DNA from: Spirochaetota bacterium
GTDB taxonomy: Bacteria; Spirochaetota; UBA4802; UBA5550
Assembly: GCA_963664815.2 (NCBI GenBank)
Contig: CAXXHB010000003.1
Span: forward strand, 3,872,001-3,936,000
Length of the DNA: 64,000 nucleotides
Reading direction: 5' to 3'
The notes under the pieces are model-generated. The model saw nothing but the letters and a program-made list of their open reading frames with translations. It ran no database searches and was not told the DNA's origin. The translations under genes were made by a program, and so were the position numbers. Shown piece after piece: positions 1-9,371 of the stretch; position 1 is the first letter of the stretch; each line of letters begins with the position of its first letter.

Positions 1-1669
1 TACCGGCAATCATCCGGTCAACCCAGTATTTCATCTGTTTATCGTATGAATCGAGAACCTGATCGAAGGTGGTAAAATCTGCCAGACTCCCTGTAGAAGG
101 TCCTATTTTTTCACCGATGCCCCCGCAGACATCCCACCGGGAGCAGTGCTGACCGCACCCGATACAGCGTCCGTCATTTATTGCAAGTTCGAAAACCTTG
201 GATATGCTGAAATAGGCAGCGTCATGCCAGCCGTATTCCTTCCCTCCGGCGTCGATCTCAACGCACCCCACTACATGATAATTACGGGAATCCTCCGGAG
301 TCCTCCCGGAGCGAAGCGATGCAGGTATAGCAGCCTGATCGTTGAATATTTTAGGCTGACCTGTGCCGATAAATATTGTATTGGCAGTTTTAACCTTCAA
401 CTCCCGCGGCGTATTCTCGTGCCACCTGACTGCCAGCCAGGGAGTACCCCACCTGGTATGCGCAAGAGCATCCAGACACATATAGGTCAGGTCATTCGTC
501 GCGTCCTTCCCCTCTTTGTCAACGCCCCCTATCGTCAGGGAATCGCCACCCATTCCCCTGCCTGAGTTGGCTATTACTGTCATCCTGTCACGGAGTTTAG
601 TCCACCAGAGATCCTTCATATACAGTATTTCCAACAGTTCCTGTATAGATTCCCTGGTGGCAGCGCCTGACCTGATGTCAGCGTCGTAAAATGGATACAT
701 GTACTGATCAAACCGGCCGAAGGAAACAGAATGCCCGTTAGTTTCAGCCAGGAGTATACTTGTTGCCATGAACAACAGCTGAATCGCTTCCCAGAATGTC
801 CTCGGCCTGTTTTCCGATACCCAGTCGCAATTATCAGCGATTTTCAGGAGAATCCCTTTCCATTCCGCATTCTTCTCTTTTTTTGACAAATTACGCGCAA
901 GGGCAGCATATCGCCGCAGATAACCGCCGGCAGCATCAAGCACTATAAGTTCAGCCTGGTAAAAGTCGCGCTTGCTGCTGTATTTCGGATCGGATGGATC
1001 CAGCTCCTGCATCTTTTTCTGAACTGCTTTTTTCAGACCTCCATACCCCAATGAAAAGAGTTTTTCATAATTCAGCTGCAGATGCCCTATGCCGCCGAAC
1101 ATGTACAGATTAAGGAGATACACGTTGCGTTCCAGGTTGGTCCCCTTTTTCTCATCCCCGGTCATCAATGATGCAACCTTTTCATCTATACTCTGCCCTT
1201 TCCAGAAACTTTCAATACCAAAAAGCTTTTTCCTCGATTCTTTAGTGATAAAGTATTTGTCATGAAGCCTTTTTTCCCACGGGTGATTCTTCATTTCATC
1301 AGTTATCCATGAATACGAATGCTCCGGAAAAACAGGGCTGGCTTTCATCGGTGCAGCCGCCTCCCCGACAATAAGTTCGTCAGGAAGAATATGTATTGTG
1401 ACATTGCTCAGCACATGCGCCAGTGCCCTGGCACACTTGATTATCTGGGGTGAGTCACTATATTTCTGATAAGCCTCGGTTACAAGGCATGCCCTTTCGT
1501 GGTCAACGGTGAATGGGCTGTCAAGGATGAATCTCCGGAACCGGTTCACGCGCGGAAAAGGGGAATGCGTGTCTCCCATGCAGTTGGCTCCCACTCCCCA
1601 TTCCCTGTCGACTGGCTCTACCGGAAGGGGTGTTGTTGTGTTTATCGTCGATCTGTCCGTCACGTTCAT
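1..1669 (-). CDS. Glycyl radical enzyme (PFL-like family), diol-dehydratase-like; 3' end runs off the window (not in the ORF track)
   Basis: My translation from ATG at 1669 (RBS GGAGG 6 nt upstream) is open to position 1: MNVTDRST...ERACLVTEAY...LPDELIVG...GGIGH...ETNGHSVSFGRFDQYMYPFY...SLTIGGVDKEGKDATNDLTY...GQPKIFND...VVGCVEIDAGGKEYGWHDAAYF. The Cys loop GCVE is at ~257-268. The glycyl loop lies outside the window. Confidence 0.92.
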   Translation of the reverse strand, partial: MNVTDRSTINTTTPLPVEPVDREWGVGANCMGDTHSPFPRVNRFRRFILDSPFTVDHERACLVTEAYQKYSDSPQIIKCARALAHVLSNVTIHILPDELIVGEAAAPMKASPVFPEHSYSWITDEMKNHPWEKRLHDKYFITKESRKKLFGIESFWKGQSIDEKVASLMTGDEKKGTNLERNVYLLNLYMFGGIGHLQLNYEKLFSLGYGGLKKAVQKKMQELDPSDPKYSSKRDFYQAELIVLDAAGGYLRRYAALARNLSKKEKNAEWKGILLKIADNCDWVSENRPRTFWEAIQLLFMATSILLAETNGHSVSFGRFDQYMYPFYDADIRSGAATRESIQELLEILYMKDLWWTKLRDRMTVIANSGRGMGGDSLTIGGVDKEGKDATNDLTYMCLDALAHTRWGTPWLAVRWHENTPRELKVKTANTIFIGTGQPKIFNDQAAIPASLRSGRTPEDSRNYHVVGCVEIDAGGKEYGWHDAAYFSISKVFELAINDGRCIGCGQHCSRWDVCGGIGEKIGPSTGSLADFTTFDQVLDSYDKQMKYWVDRMIAG

Positions 1670-1749
1670 GGTGTTCCTCCTGTTAGTTTTATCTGACATA
1701 AATCCTGTTTCAACGGAATTATACCGTCAGTGTTACATGATTTCAGCCT

Positions 1750-2127
1750 TCAGCCCTTCTGCGGCGACAGCTTGCTGAGCGCAGTTAAAAACCACATAAA
1801 TTCCTTGTAGTTACCCTCTGACTGAAGCTTTTTTTCAGTCATGGCAGCTATAAGGGCCTCGTCATCTCCGGATGTCATTACACTGAAAGCGGTATTGCCG
1901 TCACACCATATTAAAGATGCATCAGCCTGATTAAGATCTTTTGAAGATGTCCTGACAGTGCCATCCTTTATAATAAAAGCTTTCCCCTGACCGCCTGCGG
2001 TCTTCATAACAATCCTGATGTTTTTCCCTTTAATAAACTTCCGGAAGAGATCATTCTTCTTCGATGCCTTTTGCAGTTTCTGACCCAATATTAAGAGTAA
2101 TAATGTAAATTTCACAGGTTCCTCCAT
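1750..2127 (-). CDS. SCP2 sterol/lipid-binding domain-like protein
   Basis: 125 aa. The pattern ADASLIW...AFSVMTSG...AAMTEKKLQSEGN resembles an SCP2 C-terminus. Same strand and just upstream of the GRE. Confidence 0.6.
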   Translation of the reverse strand: MEEPVKFTLLLLILGQKLQKASKKNDLFRKFIKGKNIRIVMKTAGGQGKAFIIKDGTVRTSSKDLNQADASLIWCDGNTAFSVMTSGDDEALIAAMTEKKLQSEGNYKEFMWFLTALSKLSPQKG

Positions 2128-2169
2128 ATATAAATATTTATTGACAATTAATTAGAACATGCTGATGAT

Positions 2170-2200
2170 TAATTGTAACACTGTATCAATTATTAGTCAA
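2170..2200 (-). promoter_or_regulatory. Sigma70-type promoter for the SCP2-GRE operon, overlapped by a putative TetR operator
   Basis: Minus strand TTGACT (2200-2195), 17 nt, TACAAT (2177-2172). The imperfect palindrome TAATTGTAACACTGTATCAATTA (2170-2192) covers the -10 and spacer. Confidence 0.55.
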
Positions 2201-2396
2201 CAGGATTTTACCGGATACCGGGAAAAAATATATGTTAATTCTTTATTATATACATAGTGTAAAATAAATTATCATATCTCCCGGCCGCCTTCACCGGTGG
2301 GGAAAATAGAACATTTTCTATAAATAAAAAGTTCCGGAATTATTATTGATAAAAATGACATTACATTTATCAATAGCTGATCAGAGTAAAGGAAAT

Positions 2397-3038
2397 ATGG
2401 CAAATAAAGCACGATCACAGGAAGTTATTAATTTTCAGAAACAACAGATGAGCAAGGCGGCTCTGGAAATAATTGTTAATGACGGGTATGACAACCTCAG
2501 CATAAGAAAACTGTCAAAGAGTCTTCAGGTTTCAACCAGCACAATCTATAATTACTTTAAAAACCGTGATGAAATTTATATTTATGTACTGAATTACGGT
2601 TTCGAGATGCTCTTCGATGAATTTAAAAACGCCTGCGATTCTCATAAAAAGCCGGTTGATAAACTGAAAGCAATCTGCGACACTTTTCTTTCTTTTTCAA
2701 CCCGCGAGAGGGATCTGACCTTTATAATGCTTATCCTTGATACTCCAAAGTATCATGATTATGTAGAGACTGATTATGAAGCTTACATGGGGATTGAATT
2801 GAGAAATGCCCTCAAATGCAGGGATATAATAATGAAGACGATCACCGAAATAGCTGATGCAAACCCTTTGTTCCCAAGGGAGGATATACCATATCATACG
2901 TTCAGCATCATTACCAGGATGATAGGGCTTGCGACAATTAAAAATAACAATTTAATTAAATATATTTCCAGTGATATGGATGGTGAGACTGAGAAGCTGC
3001 TTAAAGATATTATACATCCATTCGAGGTGATTCAATAA
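2397..3038 (+). CDS. TetR/AcrR family transcriptional regulator
   Basis: N-terminal HTH GYDNLSIRKLSKSLQVSTSTIYNYFKNRDEI. Start moved to ATG 2397 after AAGGA. Confidence 0.9.
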   Translation: MANKARSQEVINFQKQQMSKAALEIIVNDGYDNLSIRKLSKSLQVSTSTIYNYFKNRDEIYIYVLNYGFEMLFDEFKNACDSHKKPVDKLKAICDTFLSFSTRERDLTFIMLILDTPKYHDYVETDYEAYMGIELRNALKCRDIIMKTITEIADANPLFPREDIPYHTFSIITRMIGLATIKNNNLIKYISSDMDGETEKLLKDIIHPFEVIQ

Positions 3039-3186
3039 CATTATTTTCAAAAAGAATACCTGCAGTTATTCCGTGCAGAACATGGGGAACCACCTGAGCC
3101 GGTATCGTTAAATCGTTATTGCCCAGACTTCAGAATTAACCCTCTGTGGTTTACAGCAGATCCCTTTTATAGAAAAGAGGTACACA

Positions 3187-4194
3187 ATTAAAACTTTTGT
3201 TAATACAACCAGCTCATTTAATAATGCCCGCTATGTCACAGGGGAGAAGAAAGGTCACTATGAAAGCTATTTCCTGCGGGCTAATCATCCGTCAAAACCT
3301 CTGGCGTTCTGGATACGTTATACTGTTTTTGTACCAAAGGGGCTCCCTGATAAGGCAACTGGCGAAATATGGGCCACATGGTTCGACGGTGAGACAGCAG
3401 AGCATGTTTCGGTTAAGGAGGAGTTTTCAGGCGCTGACTTCAGCCTGTCATCAAATATTCTTGATGTCCGTATCGGCATTTCTACGCTTATCCATGGCAG
3501 ACTTAATGGTTCATCCTCTCTCAATGGCCATACAATAACATGGAATCTATCATACAGAGGAGAAGAGAAACCTTTGTTCCTGTTTCCTCTTTCAATGTAC
3601 GAAACAAAACTGCCGAAGGCAAAGAGTCTGGTGGGCCTGCCTTGCGCGGAATTTACAGGGAGCATAACAACTGACGGAACAGCGCACATTATTGATTCCT
3701 GGATCGGGAGTCAGAACCATAACTGGGGAAGCCGCCATACAGACGATTACGCATGGGGGCAGGTAGCCGGATTCGATAACGCCCCGGTAAGCTTTCTTGA
3801 ACTTGCCACTGCACGTATAAAGATAGGACCTATCTGGACTCCCCGGATGACTCTCATCGTGCTCAGGCATGAGGGGAGAGAATACGCTCTGAACACAACC
3901 CGCTGCAGCCTCAGGGCCAATGGCCGTTTCGGCAGATTTTTCTGGAATTTTTCTTCAGGAAATGAACTGGCATATATCGAGGGTGAGATTGTATCGACTC
4001 CCCTGAATTTTGTAGGACTTACATACCACAATCCGCCAGGCGGCGACAAATTCTGCCTTAACTGCAAAATCGCATCGTGCAGAGTTTTGCTGACCATTCC
4101 TGGAGAAAATCCGGTTTTGCTTGTAACCGGGAACCGTGCAGCATTTGAGATACTCACCGATGATCCGGCACATGGCGTTAAGATGTACGTATAG
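3187..4194 (+). CDS. Tocopherol cyclase/CrtC-like beta-fold hypothetical protein, probable ATT start
   Basis: The 3574..4194 frame stays open upstream with protein-like sequence (GHYESYFLRANHPSKPLAFWIRYT) back to ATT at 3187, 6 nt after GAGG. Contains GSQNHNWGSRH and YAWGQ motifs. Confidence 0.6.
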   Translation: MKTFVNTTSSFNNARYVTGEKKGHYESYFLRANHPSKPLAFWIRYTVFVPKGLPDKATGEIWATWFDGETAEHVSVKEEFSGADFSLSSNILDVRIGISTLIHGRLNGSSSLNGHTITWNLSYRGEEKPLFLFPLSMYETKLPKAKSLVGLPCAEFTGSITTDGTAHIIDSWIGSQNHNWGSRHTDDYAWGQVAGFDNAPVSFLELATARIKIGPIWTPRMTLIVLRHEGREYALNTTRCSLRANGRFGRFFWNFSSGNELAYIEGEIVSTPLNFVGLTYHNPPGGDKFCLNCKIASCRVLLTIPGENPVLLVTGNRAAFEILTDDPAHGVKMYV

Positions 4195-4417
4195 TCAACA
4201 GAATCGGCTTCAGATGATTTATACAAAAAATTGCCGGCTATGTCATTGTCAGCAACAGCTTGCCGGACAGGATCCGTAAAGCAACAGTAGCAAAAGAAGA
4301 GAGATGGCCTCTATAAAAGGTATAACCGGTTACAAAATAAAAATTTTTATAAAAAACAGTTTCAATATTTGACATATAACAATCAATACTATGAATTGCC
4401 GCTAAGAGGTTGGTTTT

Positions 4418-5557
4418 ATGATTAAATATATCCGTCTTATGATACCGGTACTGCTTATTGCGCTTACCGTTCCTGCACAACTTTCCGCTGTGGAGAAAAA
4501 TCTGTACAACGAACAGCGTACATTCGCCCGCGCCATGGTGACAGAAATTGAACATGTAAAAGAGGATGAAAACAATCCATACGATGTAATGGTAAAAATT
4601 CATCTTAAAATTCTCGAGGGCCCCAAGAAAAATGAAAGCCATATTGTTGAATTCAAAGGTGATGATAATATGCCCAAAGGGATGTTCTACCAGGAGGGTG
4701 ACACTGTCTTTGTCGGTATCTCCAAATTCATGAAATCAAACGATGTTGATTATATTTCCATATATGATGTGGAGAACACGAAAGGTTTAATAATACTTGG
4801 AATACTTCTCATCATCTCCATTATAGCAGTCGGAAGGCTTAGAGGAATACTCTCAATGGCGTCGCTAGTTGCAACTATATTTCTTCTTTTTTATCTCCTT
4901 GTACCTCTGACTCTTAAGGGTAAATCCCCAATACCAATGGCCGTAGCCATTACGCTTTTCGCAATAGTTATTACTATACCCATTATACTCGGTTTCCAGA
5001 AAAAAACCATTGCAGCTATTATCGGTGCCTCAAGCGGGGTACTGATAGCCACTATTCTTGCGCTGACCACAGGATGGGTTATAAGACTTACAGGAATAGT
5101 CACAAACGATATGATGACGGTATTTTATGCCTCAAGCATAGATATTGACCTGAAGGGACTTGCTCTTTCAGGGATAATAATCGCCTCCCTTGGCGCGATT
5201 ATGGACGTATGCATATCCATAGCATCGGCAACCGAGGAAATATTCCGTGTCAACCCTGAAATCTCATTCGGTGAGGCATTCAAATCAATCCTGACTGTAA
5301 GCTCCGATATGCTGGGAGCTACGATGAACACGCTTCTCTTTGCATATGTAGGAACTTCGCTGCCGCTTGTTCTTATTATTGCTTTAAAACTGGAACCTGG
5401 TATTCCAATCACCATGGTTCTGAATTACAATCCCGTTCTGAGCGAACTGGTTCAATCAGCTATCGGCTGTATTGGAATGTTTCTAAGCATGCCGGCGACT
5501 GCCCTTATATGTATAAAGCTTCACATGAAAAGCCGGAGAAATACACAGACTGATTAA
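4418..5557 (+). CDS. YibE/F family membrane protein
   Basis: Signal peptide, small soluble domain, then multiple TM helices with LGAIMDVCISIAS and DMLGATMNTLLFAYVG motifs. Confidence 0.85.
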   Translation: MIKYIRLMIPVLLIALTVPAQLSAVEKNLYNEQRTFARAMVTEIEHVKEDENNPYDVMVKIHLKILEGPKKNESHIVEFKGDDNMPKGMFYQEGDTVFVGISKFMKSNDVDYISIYDVENTKGLIILGILLIISIIAVGRLRGILSMASLVATIFLLFYLLVPLTLKGKSPIPMAVAITLFAIVITIPIILGFQKKTIAAIIGASSGVLIATILALTTGWVIRLTGIVTNDMMTVFYASSIDIDLKGLALSGIIIASLGAIMDVCISIASATEEIFRVNPEISFGEAFKSILTVSSDMLGATMNTLLFAYVGTSLPLVLIIALKLEPGIPITMVLNYNPVLSELVQSAIGCIGMFLSMPATALICIKLHMKSRRNTQTD

Positions 5558-5711
5558 TGGATTTGTTTTTTTTACTCGACTTTTTAAAAAAATTGATATT
5601 ATTTTACCGTTATACGTACTATAAACAATAATACTATTGCAAATATATAACCTGATGTTTTCAAAATTGTGCATTCCATAATGCCGTATGGATATTATTC
5701 CGGAGGAACCT

Positions 5712-7034
5712 ATGTTTTCAGCAGCATACACAGCGTTTATAATTGCCTCAGCAGTTTTAATAATATATTTAACCTACAGGTTTAACCTGAATCCGTTTTT
5801 TATTCTTATACCGGCTTCTTTTATTTTCGGCATGGTATGCGGAGTTACTCCGGCAAATACAATAACCGCAGTCAGAAACGGTTTCGGGGCAACAATTGCA
5901 TATTACGGGATCCTTATCATTGCCGGAACAACTATTGCAGTTATCATGGAAAAGACAGGGGCAGTAATAACAATCGCAATTGGCATTGTAAGGATAACCG
6001 GCAAGAAAAATTCTCCTGCCGCTCTTACGGCGGCTGCAGGCATACTCGCTGTTTCATGTCCTTCAGAGTCGGGATTTATTCTTTCTGCCCCGATAGCGAA
6101 GTTTCTTGAAAAGGATGGCGGAAAACAGGCAGGAACCTTCACAATCGCCCTTGCAACAGGAATTTTTACTGTTCACTCTCTGCTCCCTCCGTCAGCAGGG
6201 CCAATTGCCGCTGCGGGAATACTCAACGCGGCCATATGGAAAATATTCCTTATTGGAATAGTATCCTCCGCAGCCGGAGTGGCGGCAGCATACTTCTGGT
6301 GCCGGGAATTTGTCTCTGCAGATGTCGATATTACAAGTCATCTCTCCGATAAAAAACATATTATGGGGAAGGACCTGCCGTCTCTTCAATCTTCAATACT
6401 TCCGCTGGCTGCGCCGCTTTTCCTTATTACAATAAGGTCTCTCACAACTCTTCAATCAAGACCATTCGGGAATGGTATATTCGCAGCTTTTTTTGAATTT
6501 TCCGGCGATCCCTCCGTTGCGATACTTGTCGGTCTCACACTGGCTCTTATTCTGCTGGACAGAAAGGATTTAGGTAAAACCTTCACCGACTGGGCTGCCG
6601 AGAGCATAGATCGATCCGCAAATCTGCTCATAATTGCCGGAGCAGGGGGCGCCTTTGGTGCAATACTTAAGATGACACAGCTTACAAAAATGATATCAGA
6701 AAACTTTGTATTCACAGGTATCGGACTGCTGCTCCCTTTTCTCATTGCTGCCGCAATAAAGACAGTTAACGGATCCTCATTTATTTCAATAATCACCGCC
6801 GCCTCTGTATCCGCCGCCCTGATCCCGTCCATGGGAATTGACCCTGCATTCGCTGCAGCTGCAGTTTCTGCAGGTTCCATGGTAGTCTCTCATGCCAATG
6901 ATCCCTACTTCTGGATAGTTTCAAGATACAGCGGAGTAAGCACAAGGGATTCATATAAACACTTTACCACATCAACCCTGATAGCCGGAACTGCTTCATT
7001 TATTTCAATATGGATAATGTCGCTGTTTTTTTAG
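5712..7034 (+). CDS. GntP family permease
   Basis: Polytopic membrane protein with GFGAT, HSLLPPSAGPIAAA, GAGGAFGAIL and SHANDPYFW motifs. GGAGG before ATG 5712. Confidence 0.85.
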   Translation: MFSAAYTAFIIASAVLIIYLTYRFNLNPFFILIPASFIFGMVCGVTPANTITAVRNGFGATIAYYGILIIAGTTIAVIMEKTGAVITIAIGIVRITGKKNSPAALTAAAGILAVSCPSESGFILSAPIAKFLEKDGGKQAGTFTIALATGIFTVHSLLPPSAGPIAAAGILNAAIWKIFLIGIVSSAAGVAAAYFWCREFVSADVDITSHLSDKKHIMGKDLPSLQSSILPLAAPLFLITIRSLTTLQSRPFGNGIFAAFFEFSGDPSVAILVGLTLALILLDRKDLGKTFTDWAAESIDRSANLLIIAGAGGAFGAILKMTQLTKMISENFVFTGIGLLLPFLIAAAIKTVNGSSFISIITAASVSAALIPSMGIDPAFAAAAVSAGSMVVSHANDPYFWIVSRYSGVSTRDSYKHFTTSTLIAGTASFISIWIMSLFF

Positions 7035-7062
7035 CAAAACAAATAAATGACGGAGAATTTAA

Positions 7063-7713
7063 ATGAACATCAATAACGATAAATCACTGTATAGAACAGC
7101 CTTTAATTTAAGCCTTGTAACAATATTCTATAATATCATTGAAGGCCTGGTGTCTGCGTATTTCGGGTATACCGATGAGACTCTTGTCCTGTTCGGCTTC
7201 GGCATTGACAGTTTCATTGAGGTATTGTCAGGGATCGGCATTGCACATATGATAGTAAGGTTCAGAAAAAATGATTTCAACAAAGAAAACAGTTTCGAGA
7301 AAACTGCATTGAAAATAACAGGATCATCATTTTATCTTCTCTCAGCGGGTCTTGCTGTAACAGTAATCTACAACATATATACCCGGCATGCACCCGAAAC
7401 TACTTTCTGGGGAATTGTAATCTCTCTGGCATCAATAGCCACAATGTACTTTCTTATGAAAGCCAAGTTAACTGTCGGGACAAAGCTTCAGTCACAGCCG
7501 ATTATCTCCGATGCGGGATGCACCAGGGTCTGCCTTTATATGTCGTTTATCCTTCTTGCATCAAGTTTAATCTTTGAGTTTACAGGGATAAGTTTTATCG
7601 ATTCTCTGGGAGCAGCCGGACTCGCGTTCTATTCGTTCAAGGAGGGGAGGGAATGCTTCGAAAAGGCTGAGGGTGAGGAGTGTTCATGCTCCTGCGGTGG
7701 AAAGTGCGGATGA
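7063..7713 (+). CDS. Cation efflux (CDF-like) transporter, TM domain only, Cys-rich C-tail
   Basis: YNIIEG..., LFGFGIDSFIE, ISDAGCT, ~6 TM helices; ends ECSCSCGGKCG. Confidence 0.75.
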   Translation: MNINNDKSLYRTAFNLSLVTIFYNIIEGLVSAYFGYTDETLVLFGFGIDSFIEVLSGIGIAHMIVRFRKNDFNKENSFEKTALKITGSSFYLLSAGLAVTVIYNIYTRHAPETTFWGIVISLASIATMYFLMKAKLTVGTKLQSQPIISDAGCTRVCLYMSFILLASSLIFEFTGISFIDSLGAAGLAFYSFKEGRECFEKAEGEECSCSCGGKCG

Positions 7714-7832
7714 TAATTCGGGTTATTTCAAAAAAACATGAAAGACAGTAATAATTAATTTAATTCTCCCGGTCACAACCGGAGATGATTGTAAAAAAAA
7801 GTAAAAAAGACTCCTTCACTACACCCTGCCGA

Positions 7833-8420
7833 TCAGATTGTATGCTCACTGTGTATTATACCTACAAGGTATATTTTATCCTTTTCTTTCTTAAAAACAA
7901 GGTGCAGCGCTCTCCAGTCTATGCCTTCATACTGAGGATCAATCATGGGAATCATGAATTCTGTAAATATACACCCTGGATATGCTTCATTAATATTATT
8001 TGCCGTGTTTCCTCTCTGGACAACTTCATTCACCGATACCTTCCCTTTTGTCAGAAAATCCGCATCATAGACAAACCTGCCGAAGTATTCCTTAATTGTC
8101 ATTTTTATCGGTTCACCGCTCCCGTCATACTCACCCCAGATATATTTCTTCCCGGGCTGTTTAATGTTTATAAGCTGTTTTGCGGTAAATTTCTGATCCT
8201 TTCCGGTATCAATATATGAATATGGAGTAAATCTTACTCCAAGCTCCGGATGAACATAAGCTGCGAAAGCTTTATAGTTTCTGACTTTTATTGTTTTAAG
8301 AATGTCCTTTGAAAGATTTATGAGAACTGCATCCGGCACTTTCCCGGTATTATCCGATGCCTGAATACCGGTACTCACTGCAATTAAAACTATCATAACC
8401 ATGTTGAGAAAATATTTCAT
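7833..8420 (-). CDS. Secreted hypothetical protein
   Basis: Signal peptide; conserved-looking motifs VHPELGVRFTPY and YEGIDWRALHLVF. Confidence 0.75.
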   Translation of the reverse strand: MKYFLNMVMIVLIAVSTGIQASDNTGKVPDAVLINLSKDILKTIKVRNYKAFAAYVHPELGVRFTPYSYIDTGKDQKFTAKQLINIKQPGKKYIWGEYDGSGEPIKMTIKEYFGRFVYDADFLTKGKVSVNEVVQRGNTANNINEAYPGCIFTEFMIPMIDPQYEGIDWRALHLVFKKEKDKIYLVGIIHSEHTI

Positions 8421-8432
8421 AACTTTGAACCT

Positions 8433-8879
8433 CTATTTATTATCCCTGCTCTTTTCCCTTTTTCTCCATGTATCCAAAGTCACGTATTCATCATCTGTTA
8501 TGTCAAGAATGGTAATCTTATAAGTAACGGGATCTACATGGAAAAAGTAGTATGTTTCAAACCTGTCGCTGCCGCTGTACCCCACCTGTACAGAGTAACC
8601 GCGCCTCTTTTCATCATTATCAATTATTGATGTGACCCCCTTCCTGTGGAGGGAAACTTCTTCTATATTTTTTTGCGCCTCTTTATACTCCGTGAGTTCA
8701 GATATCCTTTTGATTATCTCATCCTGTACTTCAGCAGAGATATTTTTCTTACCTCTCCATTCATCTTCCGCTCGGGGTTCCGCGCCCGGGAGGAATCCTT
8801 CACTCTTTCTGACGGAATTTCCCGCACATCCGGAAATCATAAAGAGAACAATTATGGATAGAAATACTGCTTTCTGCAT
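8433..8879 (-). CDS. Hypothetical lipoprotein
   Basis: Lipobox-like MQKAVFLSIIVLFMISG-C; tight operon spacing. Confidence 0.75.
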   Translation of the reverse strand: MQKAVFLSIIVLFMISGCAGNSVRKSEGFLPGAEPRAEDEWRGKKNISAEVQDEIIKRISELTEYKEAQKNIEEVSLHRKGVTSIIDNDEKRRGYSVQVGYSGSDRFETYYFFHVDPVTYKITILDITDDEYVTLDTWRKREKSRDNK

Positions 8880-8885
8880 AACATT

Positions 8886-9365
8886 TTACCTGCTCCTGAC
8901 AAATTCGAGGTACTTTGTGTCACATCTTTTAAAACATACATACTGGTTCATTGAATTCCCGTAGTTCTGTATGAGAATTTTGTCTTCAGAATAAAGTCCC
9001 TCAATGGCTGTTTTATCACCGCTGCGAAGTGTACCGCTGAATACAAGGTAGGTCTGCTCATCATCTTTTACAATTGTCAGTTTACCGCTGCTCTTTACAC
9101 CCGCGCCGTTTATAGTATAAATGAAACCGCTTTTATCTTTTTTAACAGTTATCATAATATCACACACCTTGGTGTCTGACGATCTGTATGTACCGGAGTA
9201 ATCAGCTTCACTTACCTTTTTCTCTGATGCTGCGGATTTACTCTCTTTAATATTCTGCGCGGAACTGTTGCTCCCTGCGCATGAGATACATGTGAGCAGC
9301 AGTAAAATCATCACTCCGCCCGTCAATAATACATTTAAAGATTTATAATTATCCATTATACTCAC
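8886..9365 (-). CDS. Hypothetical lipoprotein
   Basis: Hydrophobic segment ending TCISC; beta-rich body with paired Cys. Confidence 0.7.
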   Translation of the reverse strand: MSIMDNYKSLNVLLTGGVMILLLLTCISCAGSNSSAQNIKESKSAASEKKVSEADYSGTYRSSDTKVCDIMITVKKDKSGFIYTINGAGVKSSGKLTIVKDDEQTYLVFSGTLRSGDKTAIEGLYSEDKILIQNYGNSMNQYVCFKRCDTKYLEFVRSR

Positions 9366-9371
9366 CCGCCA

